A stretch of 248,000 bases of DNA from Andalucia godoyi And28. Its lineage: Eukaryota > Protista > Jakobida. Location: assembly GCA_009859145.1 (NCBI GenBank), contig VRVR01000022.1, positions 20,001 through 268,000 on the forward strand, read 5' to 3'. Numbering within the stretch: position 1 is the first letter of the stretch; each line of letters starts with the position of its first letter. The translations under genes and the position numbers were made by a program. The notes under the pieces are model-generated. The model saw nothing but the letters and a program-made list of their open reading frames with translations. It made no database searches and had not been told where the DNA came from. Shown here piece by piece: positions 159,328 through 169,102 of this stretch.

Positions 159328-162312
159328 ATGGCGAGGGATGCAGCTTCTGCGGATATTGCGGAATTGCTAAAGATCCAGCCTCCGAATGTGCATTCGCGCA
159401 ATGAAGCGTATTCGCTTGGCACATACGGAAAGAAGTACGGTTGGAAAGACCACAAAAGCCCGTCTCGTCGATACTTTGTGCTCTATCCGAACGAAATCGC
159501 ATATTTTGCGTCGGAAAAGGATGTTTCAGCAGGGAAATCGGGGAAGGAGTCAAAGGCCAAAGGCTCAATTCCTCTCGAATTATTTGGGACATGCTTCAAG
159601 GTGAATGCTGACGAGCCTGTTGCTGTAGACACCTTTCAGAATGCGGCTTCGGCTCGATCAATCCGTACTCCCCAGATTGGAATCCGTGTTCGCGTTCCTT
159701 CGGTCAAGCGCACGTTTTACATTTTCCTCGAGTCTGTCCAAGAAAGAGAGGCGTGGTTTGTTGCAGTTCAGTTCAATCTCGAATGGCTGCGATTTCAGAC
159801 GAAAGATTTTGTAGACCGCGCCCTTGATCAGTACGTTTCGGACCCGTCCGTTTCTGCAAAGGAAGCAAAGATTGCAAAAGTCAAGCTTCGATACAGGTTT
159901 CGAATACGTCCCGATGAGACCGATCCGCGTGCTGCGTACATTGCGCAGAAGAAGCTGCTTCTCGGAGAGTACGATCACTTTCGAGCAATGGTTGTATCTG
160001 TACAGGATTTGGATGCGGACATGTATCTCGCCGGAGGTTCGACGTTCCTGTTCGATATTGTTTCGACCACTACTCAGTCGCACGATGTAGTGCAGTGGTT
160101 TTTAGAGCACTTTCACGTCAGTGTTAACCAGCCTCATTTGACGACCAAGGACACTCCCTTGCTCAAGGCTGTTCAACTGGGCAACGTGGATACAGTCCGC
160201 GTGTTGCTAGACTACGGCGCAGATCGCGCGTTGACGAATATTTATGGAGAATCTGCCGCTTCAGAGTCTTTGGGTGACGAGCTGCTGAGAAATCTGCTGC
160301 GTCAGTACACTCCTGCTGTCAAACCGTCAGGGTCTCTTTCTTCAAGGCCTAAGAAGGAGGCTGCTCCAGTCGACAATGCCAAACAACCAGCAATCTCGCC
160401 CGCGCGACCAGCCAACGTGATTGACAGGGTTCCTCACAGGCTGGTTTCCGAGCAGGACCTAATCTCTCGAATAGATCACATTGTTGACTTTTTTATTGAT
160501 TCCTGTGAAGACAAGATGGCGCGGGATGGATTTCGAGATGCAAGCGCAATCCAATTGCTGACTTCGATCTGCTACCGTTCCAAATCTGTGGACTCGAAAG
160601 TGATCTCGGTAGTTATGTCGCACTTGGCACGAATTGTGGATGTTGCACCGCTTGATTTTCTTTCTTCCGAGGCTGTGCACGAGCCGCTGTCGAAGACCCT
160701 GTTCCATCTCATATCGAGTACCTCTTTTCGCGCATCGTTTCCCGCTGACCTGAGCCAGCTGCTGTCGTCGTTCGCAACAAGGTTGTATAAGGACCAAAGC
160801 TTGCTTGTCGTGCTCATGGCAAGTGACCATCGGTCACCGAATGCGTTCCCATTGTTTACAGGCCTGGTTCGTCTGTTCAACCAGCCCAACATCTTCTTTT
160901 CGACCACGTACTTTGAGCGACTCACCTCTAGTTTTGAAAGAATCCTCGCTCTTCCGCAGCGCATGGTGTCCGAATTTGTCGTTCACGAAACGCAGTTTTC
161001 AGAGATCACTGTCTCGCATCTGGAATCATTTCTGCAGCGCCTGACTGCACAGAAGTTTGTCAACGTGACCAAAGAAGACGACGCGTTCAGGACTGCCTTT
161101 TTCAATTACTTGCGGTTCCTCGATAAGCTGTTCTTCAGAGGCCACAATCTCCTCCTGCTGCAGCTGCGGGAAGCTGTTGTGCAGTGCCTCATGACCGCCT
161201 TTTCCTTCCTTCGCGACATTGTCAGAAACAATGCGTTGGACGCCGAGAGTGTCCATCTGTTAGAGCACTCGATCCGTTTTCTCTGCGAAATTGCGATATG
161301 TATTGAGTCGAATCCTTTTCTCGAACTCTTTGCAGAGGTCCTTTTTGGCTCACGAAATGACCAGGAAAATTGTGTTTTCTTTTGCTTGTCTTCTGGCCCG
161401 GAGCCACTGTGTCTTGCTGCTCTTGATCTTCTGCACGTCTTCGTGGACCGTGCGTCCGATGTGGTTTTGGACCTCCTCATTGGCCGATTCTTTGTGGATG
161501 TTCCGTTTCTTGTAGGCGGGACTTCCCAAGCAGACCTGTTTTCAATCGCAAACACTGCAGCGTGGGAATCTGCATTTCCGTGTGTTTTTGACGAGCCCGA
161601 CGGGCTGGGACAGTATGAAATCGACACTCGGCTGAAGGTAATTGAGTATTGCAAAGCTCTCAGTGTCATTCAAACACAATCTGTTGATCGGGGCCGAATG
161701 ACGTCTAGACACCGCGCTTCGCTGCACCGGTCGTCCTTTGCCGTACCGTCTGCCGACCTGTGCTTTTTCAAGATGTCCGACAAGGTGTCGACCGGAAAGA
161801 TGTGTCCTTTGTTGGCTCATTTATTTGGACGCCTGCAGTCGTTTGTTGTCAACACTCCAGTCATCAACATTCGGTTGACTGGCATTATCTCACAACTTGC
161901 AATGATCCCGTATCCTCCTCTTGTGGGATTTCTGCTTGCTTGCAAGCTGAAGCTGTCCGACGAGTGGAAATCCCTCTACTCCATCATCAGCGGCCTTACA
162001 AAGCACTTTCAGTCCGACAGTCGGTTTTCCGAGGCAAGGACGAAACTGCCTTTGATGTTTGGTGCTCTCGGCATCGACTCGAGGCACACTGCAGATCCGA
162101 CTTCTCCGCAGTCGAGCTACGATACACTCATTGACGATGTCCCCGAGAGCGCAAGCCTCAATCCGGAGGACGCCCTGTATCAAAAGTCGTTTTTCGTGCA
162201 GCTGTCCATCCTACTGGAATTCCGCAGAGAACTGCTGTCCGTTCTGAATTCCTGGCACGAGATCGACATTTGGCAAACCCAGTTGAATGCCATGTCAACA
162301 AAGTACCAGTGA
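159328..162312 (+). CDS. PH plus ankyrin plus FHIP/FAM160-like domain protein
   Basis: N-half paralogous to 157143; C-half with NTPVINIRLTGIISQLAMIP.P.L. Confidence 0.7.
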   Translation: MARDAASADIAELLKIQPPNVHSRNEAYSLGTYGKKYGWKDHKSPSRRYFVLYPNEIAYFASEKDVSAGKSGKESKAKGSIPLELFGTCFKVNADEPVAVDTFQNAASARSIRTPQIGIRVRVPSVKRTFYIFLESVQEREAWFVAVQFNLEWLRFQTKDFVDRALDQYVSDPSVSAKEAKIAKVKLRYRFRIRPDETDPRAAYIAQKKLLLGEYDHFRAMVVSVQDLDADMYLAGGSTFLFDIVSTTTQSHDVVQWFLEHFHVSVNQPHLTTKDTPLLKAVQLGNVDTVRVLLDYGADRALTNIYGESAASESLGDELLRNLLRQYTPAVKPSGSLSSRPKKEAAPVDNAKQPAISPARPANVIDRVPHRLVSEQDLISRIDHIVDFFIDSCEDKMARDGFRDASAIQLLTSICYRSKSVDSKVISVVMSHLARIVDVAPLDFLSSEAVHEPLSKTLFHLISSTSFRASFPADLSQLLSSFATRLYKDQSLLVVLMASDHRSPNAFPLFTGLVRLFNQPNIFFSTTYFERLTSSFERILALPQRMVSEFVVHETQFSEITVSHLESFLQRLTAQKFVNVTKEDDAFRTAFFNYLRFLDKLFFRGHNLLLLQLREAVVQCLMTAFSFLRDIVRNNALDAESVHLLEHSIRFLCEIAICIESNPFLELFAEVLFGSRNDQENCVFFCLSSGPEPLCLAALDLLHVFVDRASDVVLDLLIGRFFVDVPFLVGGTSQADLFSIANTAAWESAFPCVFDEPDGLGQYEIDTRLKVIEYCKALSVIQTQSVDRGRMTSRHRASLHRSSFAVPSADLCFFKMSDKVSTGKMCPLLAHLFGRLQSFVVNTPVINIRLTGIISQLAMIPYPPLVGFLLACKLKLSDEWKSLYSIISGLTKHFQSDSRFSEARTKLPLMFGALGIDSRHTADPTSPQSSYDTLIDDVPESASLNPEDALYQKSFFVQLSILLEFRRELLSVLNSWHEIDIWQTQLNAMSTKYQ

Positions 162313-162381
162313 GGGTGGTGTTTTTTTTTTTTTTTTTGGCGATTACGATGAGCACATTGCATTTTTCTTTCAGGGAGTGCG

Positions 162382-163209
162382 TTACGCACGGACCAGTCTC
162401 CACCACTCCAGCACTTGTCCTTCGTCCTCCGAGGGGCGAAGAAGAGAAAACGCTGCTTCCCCTATACTTTGCATTTGTGGATTGGGGTACGGACGTCCGT
162501 GTTTCTCAAAGTTGGCACGAACGATCTGCTTACGAGGATCGTTCATTTCGATTTCCCTCTTCACAAACGACTCTTTCGGTTGTAAAAGCACGTAAATGAC
162601 GGACTCCTCTCCAAATGCGTGTCTTGCATGCGTTGGTGGATAGACAGGTGAAGAGGCAAAGACGTTTGCAAAAAAGGTGAATTGCCCAAACGACAACATC
162701 CAGGTCGTTGGTGAGGTGAGACCGTTTGCTAAATTCCGCATGCAATTAAACGAGGGACCGCACGGGTCGTGATCACAGAGTAAAGTCAAGAATTCCACAA
162801 CGCTTTTCTGAAACACCGACGCGGATGAGACGAAATCCGGGTTCGAAAGCTCGATCACAATCGCATCGACGGACAGCGGGTCCTGAGCAAGCTCTTGCAA
162901 AGCCTCCTTGAAAGAAGGAAGAACGTAATTCACCACACAATCCTTCAAAGACGCATGCTTCGGACACTCTGCACAGCACAGAACCTTGTGTGCGGTTCTT
163001 GCGAAAATGCAATGCGTGGTTGCGATCACGCGTTCGCGGAAGCGTCGCAGGACTCTTCTCTTGGAACCGCTCGCGAAAGTACTTCCAATTCCATCTCGCT
163101 TCAGGAACCCTCCAATTCCAAGAGGAACCGCAACCAGAAGAACAGTCCAAAGCATCGTCCATAACTGCTCATTCACCATTACGAACGAACGAACGAACGA
163201 ACGAACCAC
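162382..163209 (-). CDS. YqcI/YcgG-family-like protein
   Basis: HCIFAR, WMLSFG..FF, P.YP..HARH, VLLQPKESF. Confidence 0.5.
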   Translation of the reverse strand: MVRSFVRSFVMVNEQLWTMLWTVLLVAVPLGIGGFLKRDGIGSTFASGSKRRVLRRFRERVIATTHCIFARTAHKVLCCAECPKHASLKDCVVNYVLPSFKEALQELAQDPLSVDAIVIELSNPDFVSSASVFQKSVVEFLTLLCDHDPCGPSFNCMRNLANGLTSPTTWMLSFGQFTFFANVFASSPVYPPTHARHAFGEESVIYVLLQPKESFVKREIEMNDPRKQIVRANFEKHGRPYPNPQMQSIGEAAFSLLRPSEDEGQVLEWWRLVRA

Positions 163210-163480
163210 ACAAATCCGTCAAAGATCCCGAAACCATAATCGTTGCGCAGCTGCAGAAAACCCAAAAACAAAAGGAGAGAGAGAGAGAGAGAGAGAGAGC
163301 AACTCTTCAATGCACGGGAACGGAAACGAGTTGAGCCTATCGGTAGCATCACATACAGCAAAGTCAAAGACAGAGGAAGCATATTTGGGGAAAACTCCAA
163401 TTTTTCAATTTGGATTTGGATTTGGATGTGGATTGATGAGATAATGGCTGACACATCCCCAACCCAACTGGCAACCGTCC

Positions 163481-165115
163481 ATGTGCGGAATAGCAGCTGT
163501 GATTCGACTGAGGCACGGAACGAAATGCAACTTGGAATGTTCGACGCTTCCAGAACGCTGTGTGGCGGACAGTCATATTCAAGAGATGATTGGTCCTCGA
163601 GGAACGGATTGCTTTTCAAAGTTTTCGCACAACCGCTCTTCTTTCCAAAACGCAAGCTTCACGTCGATTGACCTGTACGGTGCGTTGTTGAGCCTACGAG
163701 GACCACTGACTCCGATTCCTGTGCACGTTGGAGACGACTATACATTGCTTTGGAACGGAGAAGTGTTCCGCGGTGTGGAGGTTCAAAAGACGGAGAATGA
163801 CACGGTGTTACTTGCCGCAGCGCTCGCGAATGCAATGCAATCCTCGAATCCAGACGAGACTTCGATCTTGATGAATGTATTCTCGACGATCGAAGGTCCG
163901 TTTGCATTCGTCTTCTTGAATCGCAAGACTGGCACTGTTTGCTTCGGAAGAGATCCGCTCGGTCGCAGAAGCCTGACCTTTGGATACGACCCGTCGTCTG
164001 GACTGCTTGCTATCAGTTCCGTGTCGCTCCACATAGAATCTCCCTTTTTTGAATTTCCAGTTGGTGTTCTTGGTGTTATTCCAGGTAATTCTTCCACTGT
164101 TAACCTTGTCCCTCGACTTGCCTATGCCCCGACACTTGCTCTGCTGCCCGCATCCGCCCCGGCCTTGTCTGCGCTGTCTACTATACTGTTTGATTCTGTG
164201 AAGCGTCGAATTGAGAACATTCCCAAACCACCATTGTACTCTTCCTTTTCGCCATGCCGCGTTGCAATCTTGTTTAGCGGGGGAATTGACTGCACTGTTC
164301 TTGCACTGCTTGTGCATCAGTGTCTGGACGACGCAGATGGCATTGATTTGCTCAATGTCAGCTTTTCTGAGCCGTGCTTTGATGCTGCGCCCGATCGACA
164401 GACCGCCGTAGAATCGATGCAAGAACTTCAGTCTGTGGCCCCAAACAGATCATTTCGATTGATCCGCGTGAACGTGTCGAGGACAGACCTGTCGCAGCAT
164501 ACCAAGCGCGTTTTTGACTTGATTTCTCCTCGTCACACGCTGTTGGATTTCAATCTGGCGACTGCATTGTACTTTGCCGCACGGGGAGAAGGTATTGGAG
164601 ATTCCGGACTGGCCGTCAAGACGAGCGCTCGAGTCCTCATCTCCGGTTTGGGCGCAGATGAACTGTTTGGCGGCTACGGGAGGCACAGAAAGGCGTTTGT
164701 ACGAGGTGGCGAAGAGCTGCTCAGAAAGGAGATGGAAATGGACATGTGTCGCTTGTGGATTCGGAATCTAGGACGAGATGACCGTATCATGTCTGAGCAT
164801 GCAAAGGAAGTTCGATTTCCATTCTTGGATTTGGACGTTATCGCGACTTGCAGACGCATTCCGCTTCATGAAATCTGTGACATGACCATGAAACCGGGAT
164901 TTGGAGACAAGATGATACTGCGCAAGTTCGCAGAGCAACTTGGGTTGGCGAAGTCCGCGCGACTTGTGAAGCGCGCCCTTCAGTTTGGCTCTCGCATATC
165001 TAAAGTGTCGCATCCGAAAGCAGAGGGCGATTACCTCGTTCAGCTCACAGCGGATGGACTGTCGACTGTGGTTACGAACGTTCGTCGAAGAGATGACGAT
165101 GATGCTGACGGATGA
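163481..165115 (+). CDS. ASNSD1: asparagine synthetase domain-containing protein
   Basis: MCGI Ntn start, RGTD, LWNGE, ILFSGGIDC, GLGADELFGGY, RNLGRDDR. Confidence 0.9.
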   Translation: MCGIAAVIRLRHGTKCNLECSTLPERCVADSHIQEMIGPRGTDCFSKFSHNRSSFQNASFTSIDLYGALLSLRGPLTPIPVHVGDDYTLLWNGEVFRGVEVQKTENDTVLLAAALANAMQSSNPDETSILMNVFSTIEGPFAFVFLNRKTGTVCFGRDPLGRRSLTFGYDPSSGLLAISSVSLHIESPFFEFPVGVLGVIPGNSSTVNLVPRLAYAPTLALLPASAPALSALSTILFDSVKRRIENIPKPPLYSSFSPCRVAILFSGGIDCTVLALLVHQCLDDADGIDLLNVSFSEPCFDAAPDRQTAVESMQELQSVAPNRSFRLIRVNVSRTDLSQHTKRVFDLISPRHTLLDFNLATALYFAARGEGIGDSGLAVKTSARVLISGLGADELFGGYGRHRKAFVRGGEELLRKEMEMDMCRLWIRNLGRDDRIMSEHAKEVRFPFLDLDVIATCRRIPLHEICDMTMKPGFGDKMILRKFAEQLGLAKSARLVKRALQFGSRISKVSHPKAEGDYLVQLTADGLSTVVTNVRRRDDDDADG

Positions 165116-165198
165116 TGAGGGCATGCCATGAATTGAATGTATACTCGAGCATTCGTGTGCGTGCCCAGGAAAAAGGCTGCTGAAAAAAAACAGTCTGC

Positions 165199-166251
165199 TT
165201 ACCGGTTGCCTTTTTCACGGATGCACTGCTGCCCTTTGTCCTGCGGCGTGCACTCCTGACAAACAAATCCATAGTTGACCTCCAAGAAGGCTGGTCGATG
165301 TGCTTGGGTTTCGTCCATGTAGTCAATCGTGATTTCCGTGTCAGGATCAATATCCCGCGTTGCCTTCACAGCAACCATGCTCCCCAAGTCTGGATTGAAT
165401 TCCAGAGTTGCCGATGGGTTGCACGAATGGTTCAAGTAAGATGTCATTGCATACAACGCCGACCCAATGCGCACTCTTCCAACTGCATTCGCTGCCCCAT
165501 TTTGCATAATAGGAACGTTGTACGAAACCGAGACGGCATTCAAGTTGAGCGTAGTCATCATTCGGCAGTACCAGTCGAGCGTAAATGCCTCTTTCGCTTC
165601 TTGGAACAATGAAGTGAGATCGTTATGCAATCCTCGTTTTTCCAGTTTTCCGAGGAAAGTCTCTGATTTCCCGAACAAATCCTTGTAAAATCGAGCAAAA
165701 TCTGCAGAAAATGCTGTCCGTTGTGCTTCATGCAGGTTGGCGTACACAAGATTAGAGACCGGAGCGGCCTGCCATGCTCCTGCAAGACGAGTGCTTCCGT
165801 TCCCAACCGGAGATCCCTGCTGCACGTCACATTTCGATTTTGAATCTTTTAGAACGTCGCGAATCATGTGGAATGCAATATTCTTGGCGAGAACGGGGAA
165901 CAATCGTCCTCTTTTTCGAGCAATCGCTTCCGTTTCATGCGACAAAGGAACCTGTAAACCATAATACTTCTTCCAATCTGCCTGCAAACGACCCTCAAGC
166001 GACCCCGACCCACACGGCCCCTGGTTTGCACACGCCGGACAAGTGCTCCGCGAAAGCTGGAGAACACGCATGCAACCAGCGCACGCAAACGTTGGGTCTA
166101 CAACCGCAGATACAAATGGCTGTTCTCCCCAAATCAAGCTGCCTTTTCGCACAAACTCGGTAGTAAAAACTCCTCGACCACGACTCGCTGTGCTCTGAAC
166201 ACTGACGACCATTTCCTTCTCCCTCGTTCCCCCTCGATTCAACGTGGCCAC
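165199..166251 (-). CDS. SET/MYND-type lysine methyltransferase
   Basis: GRGVF, YLNHSCNP, EITIDY. Confidence 0.8.
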   Translation of the reverse strand: MATLNRGGTREKEMVVSVQSTASRGRGVFTTEFVRKGSLIWGEQPFVSAVVDPTFACAGCMRVLQLSRSTCPACANQGPCGSGSLEGRLQADWKKYYGLQVPLSHETEAIARKRGRLFPVLAKNIAFHMIRDVLKDSKSKCDVQQGSPVGNGSTRLAGAWQAAPVSNLVYANLHEAQRTAFSADFARFYKDLFGKSETFLGKLEKRGLHNDLTSLFQEAKEAFTLDWYCRMMTTLNLNAVSVSYNVPIMQNGAANAVGRVRIGSALYAMTSYLNHSCNPSATLEFNPDLGSMVAVKATRDIDPDTEITIDYMDETQAHRPAFLEVNYGFVCQECTPQDKGQQCIREKGNR

Positions 166252-166496
166252 ACACTCTACACCATCTCCTGTGTGTTTTCACGCTTGGCAGTTTTGCACG
166301 AAAAGCAGATGAAATTATTCGGACCACCCGCAATCGTCATCCGTCGACATTTGAGTAAGTTGATGCAAAGCCTTTTCTGGCCTTTTCCCGCCGCCACTTT
166401 GAGACGAAAGACGGAGTTACGTTTACCGGTCTTCTTCTTTTCACAAATCTCTTTCAAAAAATACACACATACGCGCGCGCGAGAGAGAGAGAGAGA

Positions 166497-167816
166497 ATGA
166501 ACTTTAGTGACCCGGTCAAGTTTTCTGGAAAATCCGTCAGTTTTTCGGCGGATGGTGAGTATGTGGCGTTTTCGCATGGTCCAGAAGTGGCTGTTCGTGA
166601 AACAACTACGTTTTCACAGAATCGACGCTTTGCATGCGAGGACATTGTTGACTATGTGGAGTGGTCTTCTGACTCGACGCTGCTGCTTTGCGTGTCAGTG
166701 AAGCGCGGTGTGATTATGGTGTTCAATCCATCGGATCCTTCGTTTCGGTGCAGAATTGATGAAGGAACACTTGGAGTAGAGTCTGCGACGTTTTCCAAGG
166801 ACTCGCGACACGTCCTCGTAACCTCTGAGATGGGTGTTCGCATCGGGGTTTGGTCTCTGGTGGATGGTTCTTGCACGGTGCTATCAAGCGGAAAAGCAGT
166901 GCCGAAAAACCGAAATATTGCAGTGTCTCCAGACGGAAAGTTTCTTGCCTCGCTTGCGCGCAGAGATTGCAAGGATTATGTGGCCATGCTTGCTTGCGGA
167001 TCCTGGCAGCTTCTATCGAGCTTTGAAGTTTCGGAAACAAAGGACGCTGCGGGGATTGCATGGAGTCCTAACCGGTCTCTTCTTGCGGTCTGGGACTCGC
167101 TTCTTGAATACAAGATTGCTGTGTACAGAATGGACGGACATCTGGTTGCGTCGTTCAGAGCATATGAAGATGGTCTGGGAATCCGCTGTGTGGAATGGGC
167201 TCCTTCGGGACAGATGCTGGCGGTTGGATCATATGACAACAGCGTACGCTTGTTGAACCACATGACGTTTCGCACCATGGTGGAGTATCAGCATCGGACT
167301 CTTCATACGGACCTTTCCAGAGTATTTATCTTTAGAGAGACAGAAGGACCAAGATACGACGTCACAACGTCAGACGATGGGGACAATCACTCGCTGAGCG
167401 ACATGCCGGCCCTGTTTGGACAGCCGGACTCGCCAAATCCAAAGATTGGTGTATCACGGATTGCGTTTTCACGAGATTCGCGATATCTGGCTTCAAAGTC
167501 AGACTCGTTTCCGAATACCGTGTGGATCTGGGATAACGCGAAGCTCAAGCTGCTGGCCGTATTGATCCACACTGATCCCGTTCGGACGTTTTCGTGGCAT
167601 CCGGTTCAATCGATGCTCGCGGTTGCGTGCGCCAATCTCAACATCTACCTGTGGACTCCAGAGGGTGCATCGTGCGCGCAAACTCCAGCGCAAACTCCAC
167701 TTTCTGTTCTGGAGTGGTCGCCTCTCGGAAATGCTCTTGCGGTAGGCGAGCGCACACAGCTCAGCATGTGCTACTTCTCGGACCAAACTGGAAACGGCGA
167801 CGATCCCGAGAGTTGA
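166497..167816 (+). CDS. WRAP73: WD40 protein WRAP73/WDR8
   Basis: CRIDEG..G, LRIGVWSL, AVGSYD..VRLLNH.T, PNTVWIWD. Confidence 0.85.
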   Translation: MNFSDPVKFSGKSVSFSADGEYVAFSHGPEVAVRETTTFSQNRRFACEDIVDYVEWSSDSTLLLCVSVKRGVIMVFNPSDPSFRCRIDEGTLGVESATFSKDSRHVLVTSEMGVRIGVWSLVDGSCTVLSSGKAVPKNRNIAVSPDGKFLASLARRDCKDYVAMLACGSWQLLSSFEVSETKDAAGIAWSPNRSLLAVWDSLLEYKIAVYRMDGHLVASFRAYEDGLGIRCVEWAPSGQMLAVGSYDNSVRLLNHMTFRTMVEYQHRTLHTDLSRVFIFRETEGPRYDVTTSDDGDNHSLSDMPALFGQPDSPNPKIGVSRIAFSRDSRYLASKSDSFPNTVWIWDNAKLKLLAVLIHTDPVRTFSWHPVQSMLAVACANLNIYLWTPEGASCAQTPAQTPLSVLEWSPLGNALAVGERTQLSMCYFSDQTGNGDDPES

Positions 167817-167965
167817 GGACTGCACCTTTTTCCGTTCCTCCATCATCCGCACTTCATGTTTCTCACCTCATGAGCCTCAAAGAGGAGATCCTTCGTATCC
167901 AAACGTAAAACAGGAAGACGTAAGACATTAGACGTCGTATGGCATCTCGCATCGTATCCGGCGAG

Positions 167966-168550
167966 CTATGAATCCGAATCCGGGCTGCTTAGATGCCGTT
168001 GCAGAACGGCTTCTGCAGAATCGTTGATGAGCTTGCTGCGCACTTCAAGAGCGGTTGCTGCGGTCCTGGGGACGTTTGCCGCACGCTCAAGTGCACGTGC
168101 AATTGACCGCGCTTCAAAATCGTTTTGAATGAATGGTTTTGTCAGATCGGGACTTGCAAGAATCATCAAAAACAGCTCCAACACAGCCTCCACAACCAAC
168201 TCGTCTCCTCCAAGAAGCAGCCCAAAGAGCATGGACATAGGTTCCTGTTGCACTAAGATACTCCTGCACGTGTCCGATATGCAGAGCTGCGTCATCAGTC
168301 GAATGCAGACGACAGTGGTCCACGGACCACACGCATGGACAAAATCCGAGCGGGTTAAGTGATGCATCAGCTTTCCGTCCCCGAACGCTGTGGACAATTC
168401 ATAGGCTTGCATGCTTGTTCTGCACTGTTCAAAGTACTCTAGAATGCGGTACACACAGTATGTTTTCTCGGATGTCGGAATTGCCGAATCTCCACAAATC
168501 TGAGGTATGTATGCAAGTGTGCGCACACAGTTGAGGGGGTGAGTACACAA
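167966..168550 (-). CDS. ARM-like hypothetical protein (3' exon)
   Basis: helical ORF; upstream exons likely. Confidence 0.4.
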   Translation of the reverse strand: MCTHPLNCVRTLAYIPQICGDSAIPTSEKTYCVYRILEYFEQCRTSMQAYELSTAFGDGKLMHHLTRSDFVHACGPWTTVVCIRLMTQLCISDTCRSILVQQEPMSMLFGLLLGGDELVVEAVLELFLMILASPDLTKPFIQNDFEARSIARALERAANVPRTAATALEVRSKLINDSAEAVLQRHLSSPDSDS

Positions 168551-169102
168551 ACGAATAGCATAAATTCTCTTCCAGAACGTGTCCCATATTCTGTTGTGTT
168601 CTTTCTTTCTTCTTGTGTTTTGAAATGCGAAAAAGACATACAGCTTTGCTCCACTGAAGTAAGACGTCCGCGTCTGGCAGCTGCGATTTGTCCATTTTTC
168701 CGTCCCTTTCTGATTTCACTTACACGAGTGCTAGATGAGCAGCCGGTGCGCTCTCTATTCAGCAGCAACACTAAGCAACGACAGACAGAACGGCCTTCTC
168801 TCACGTTTCGTGCGGCCGCGACCCTCTCCTGCTGAACAGTGCAGGACCGCAGATGCAACGGACGCGTTGAAACTGAAAAGACACCGCTGTAAAAAAAAAT
168901 AATAATTTAATAATTAAAAAACACGAAATAGAATCTCTCCGACGTTGTTTCGAAATCCGTCGACGGCAGTTAACGTTCCGGGATCGGAACACGAAAAGCC
169001 GAGAGTGCAATCCGAAACTTCATCATCATCGTCGTCATCATGTGCACAGCCACCAGAGAAGTTGTACGTAAGTGAAGTAGCTGGGTTAGCTGGGGTAACG
169101 AA

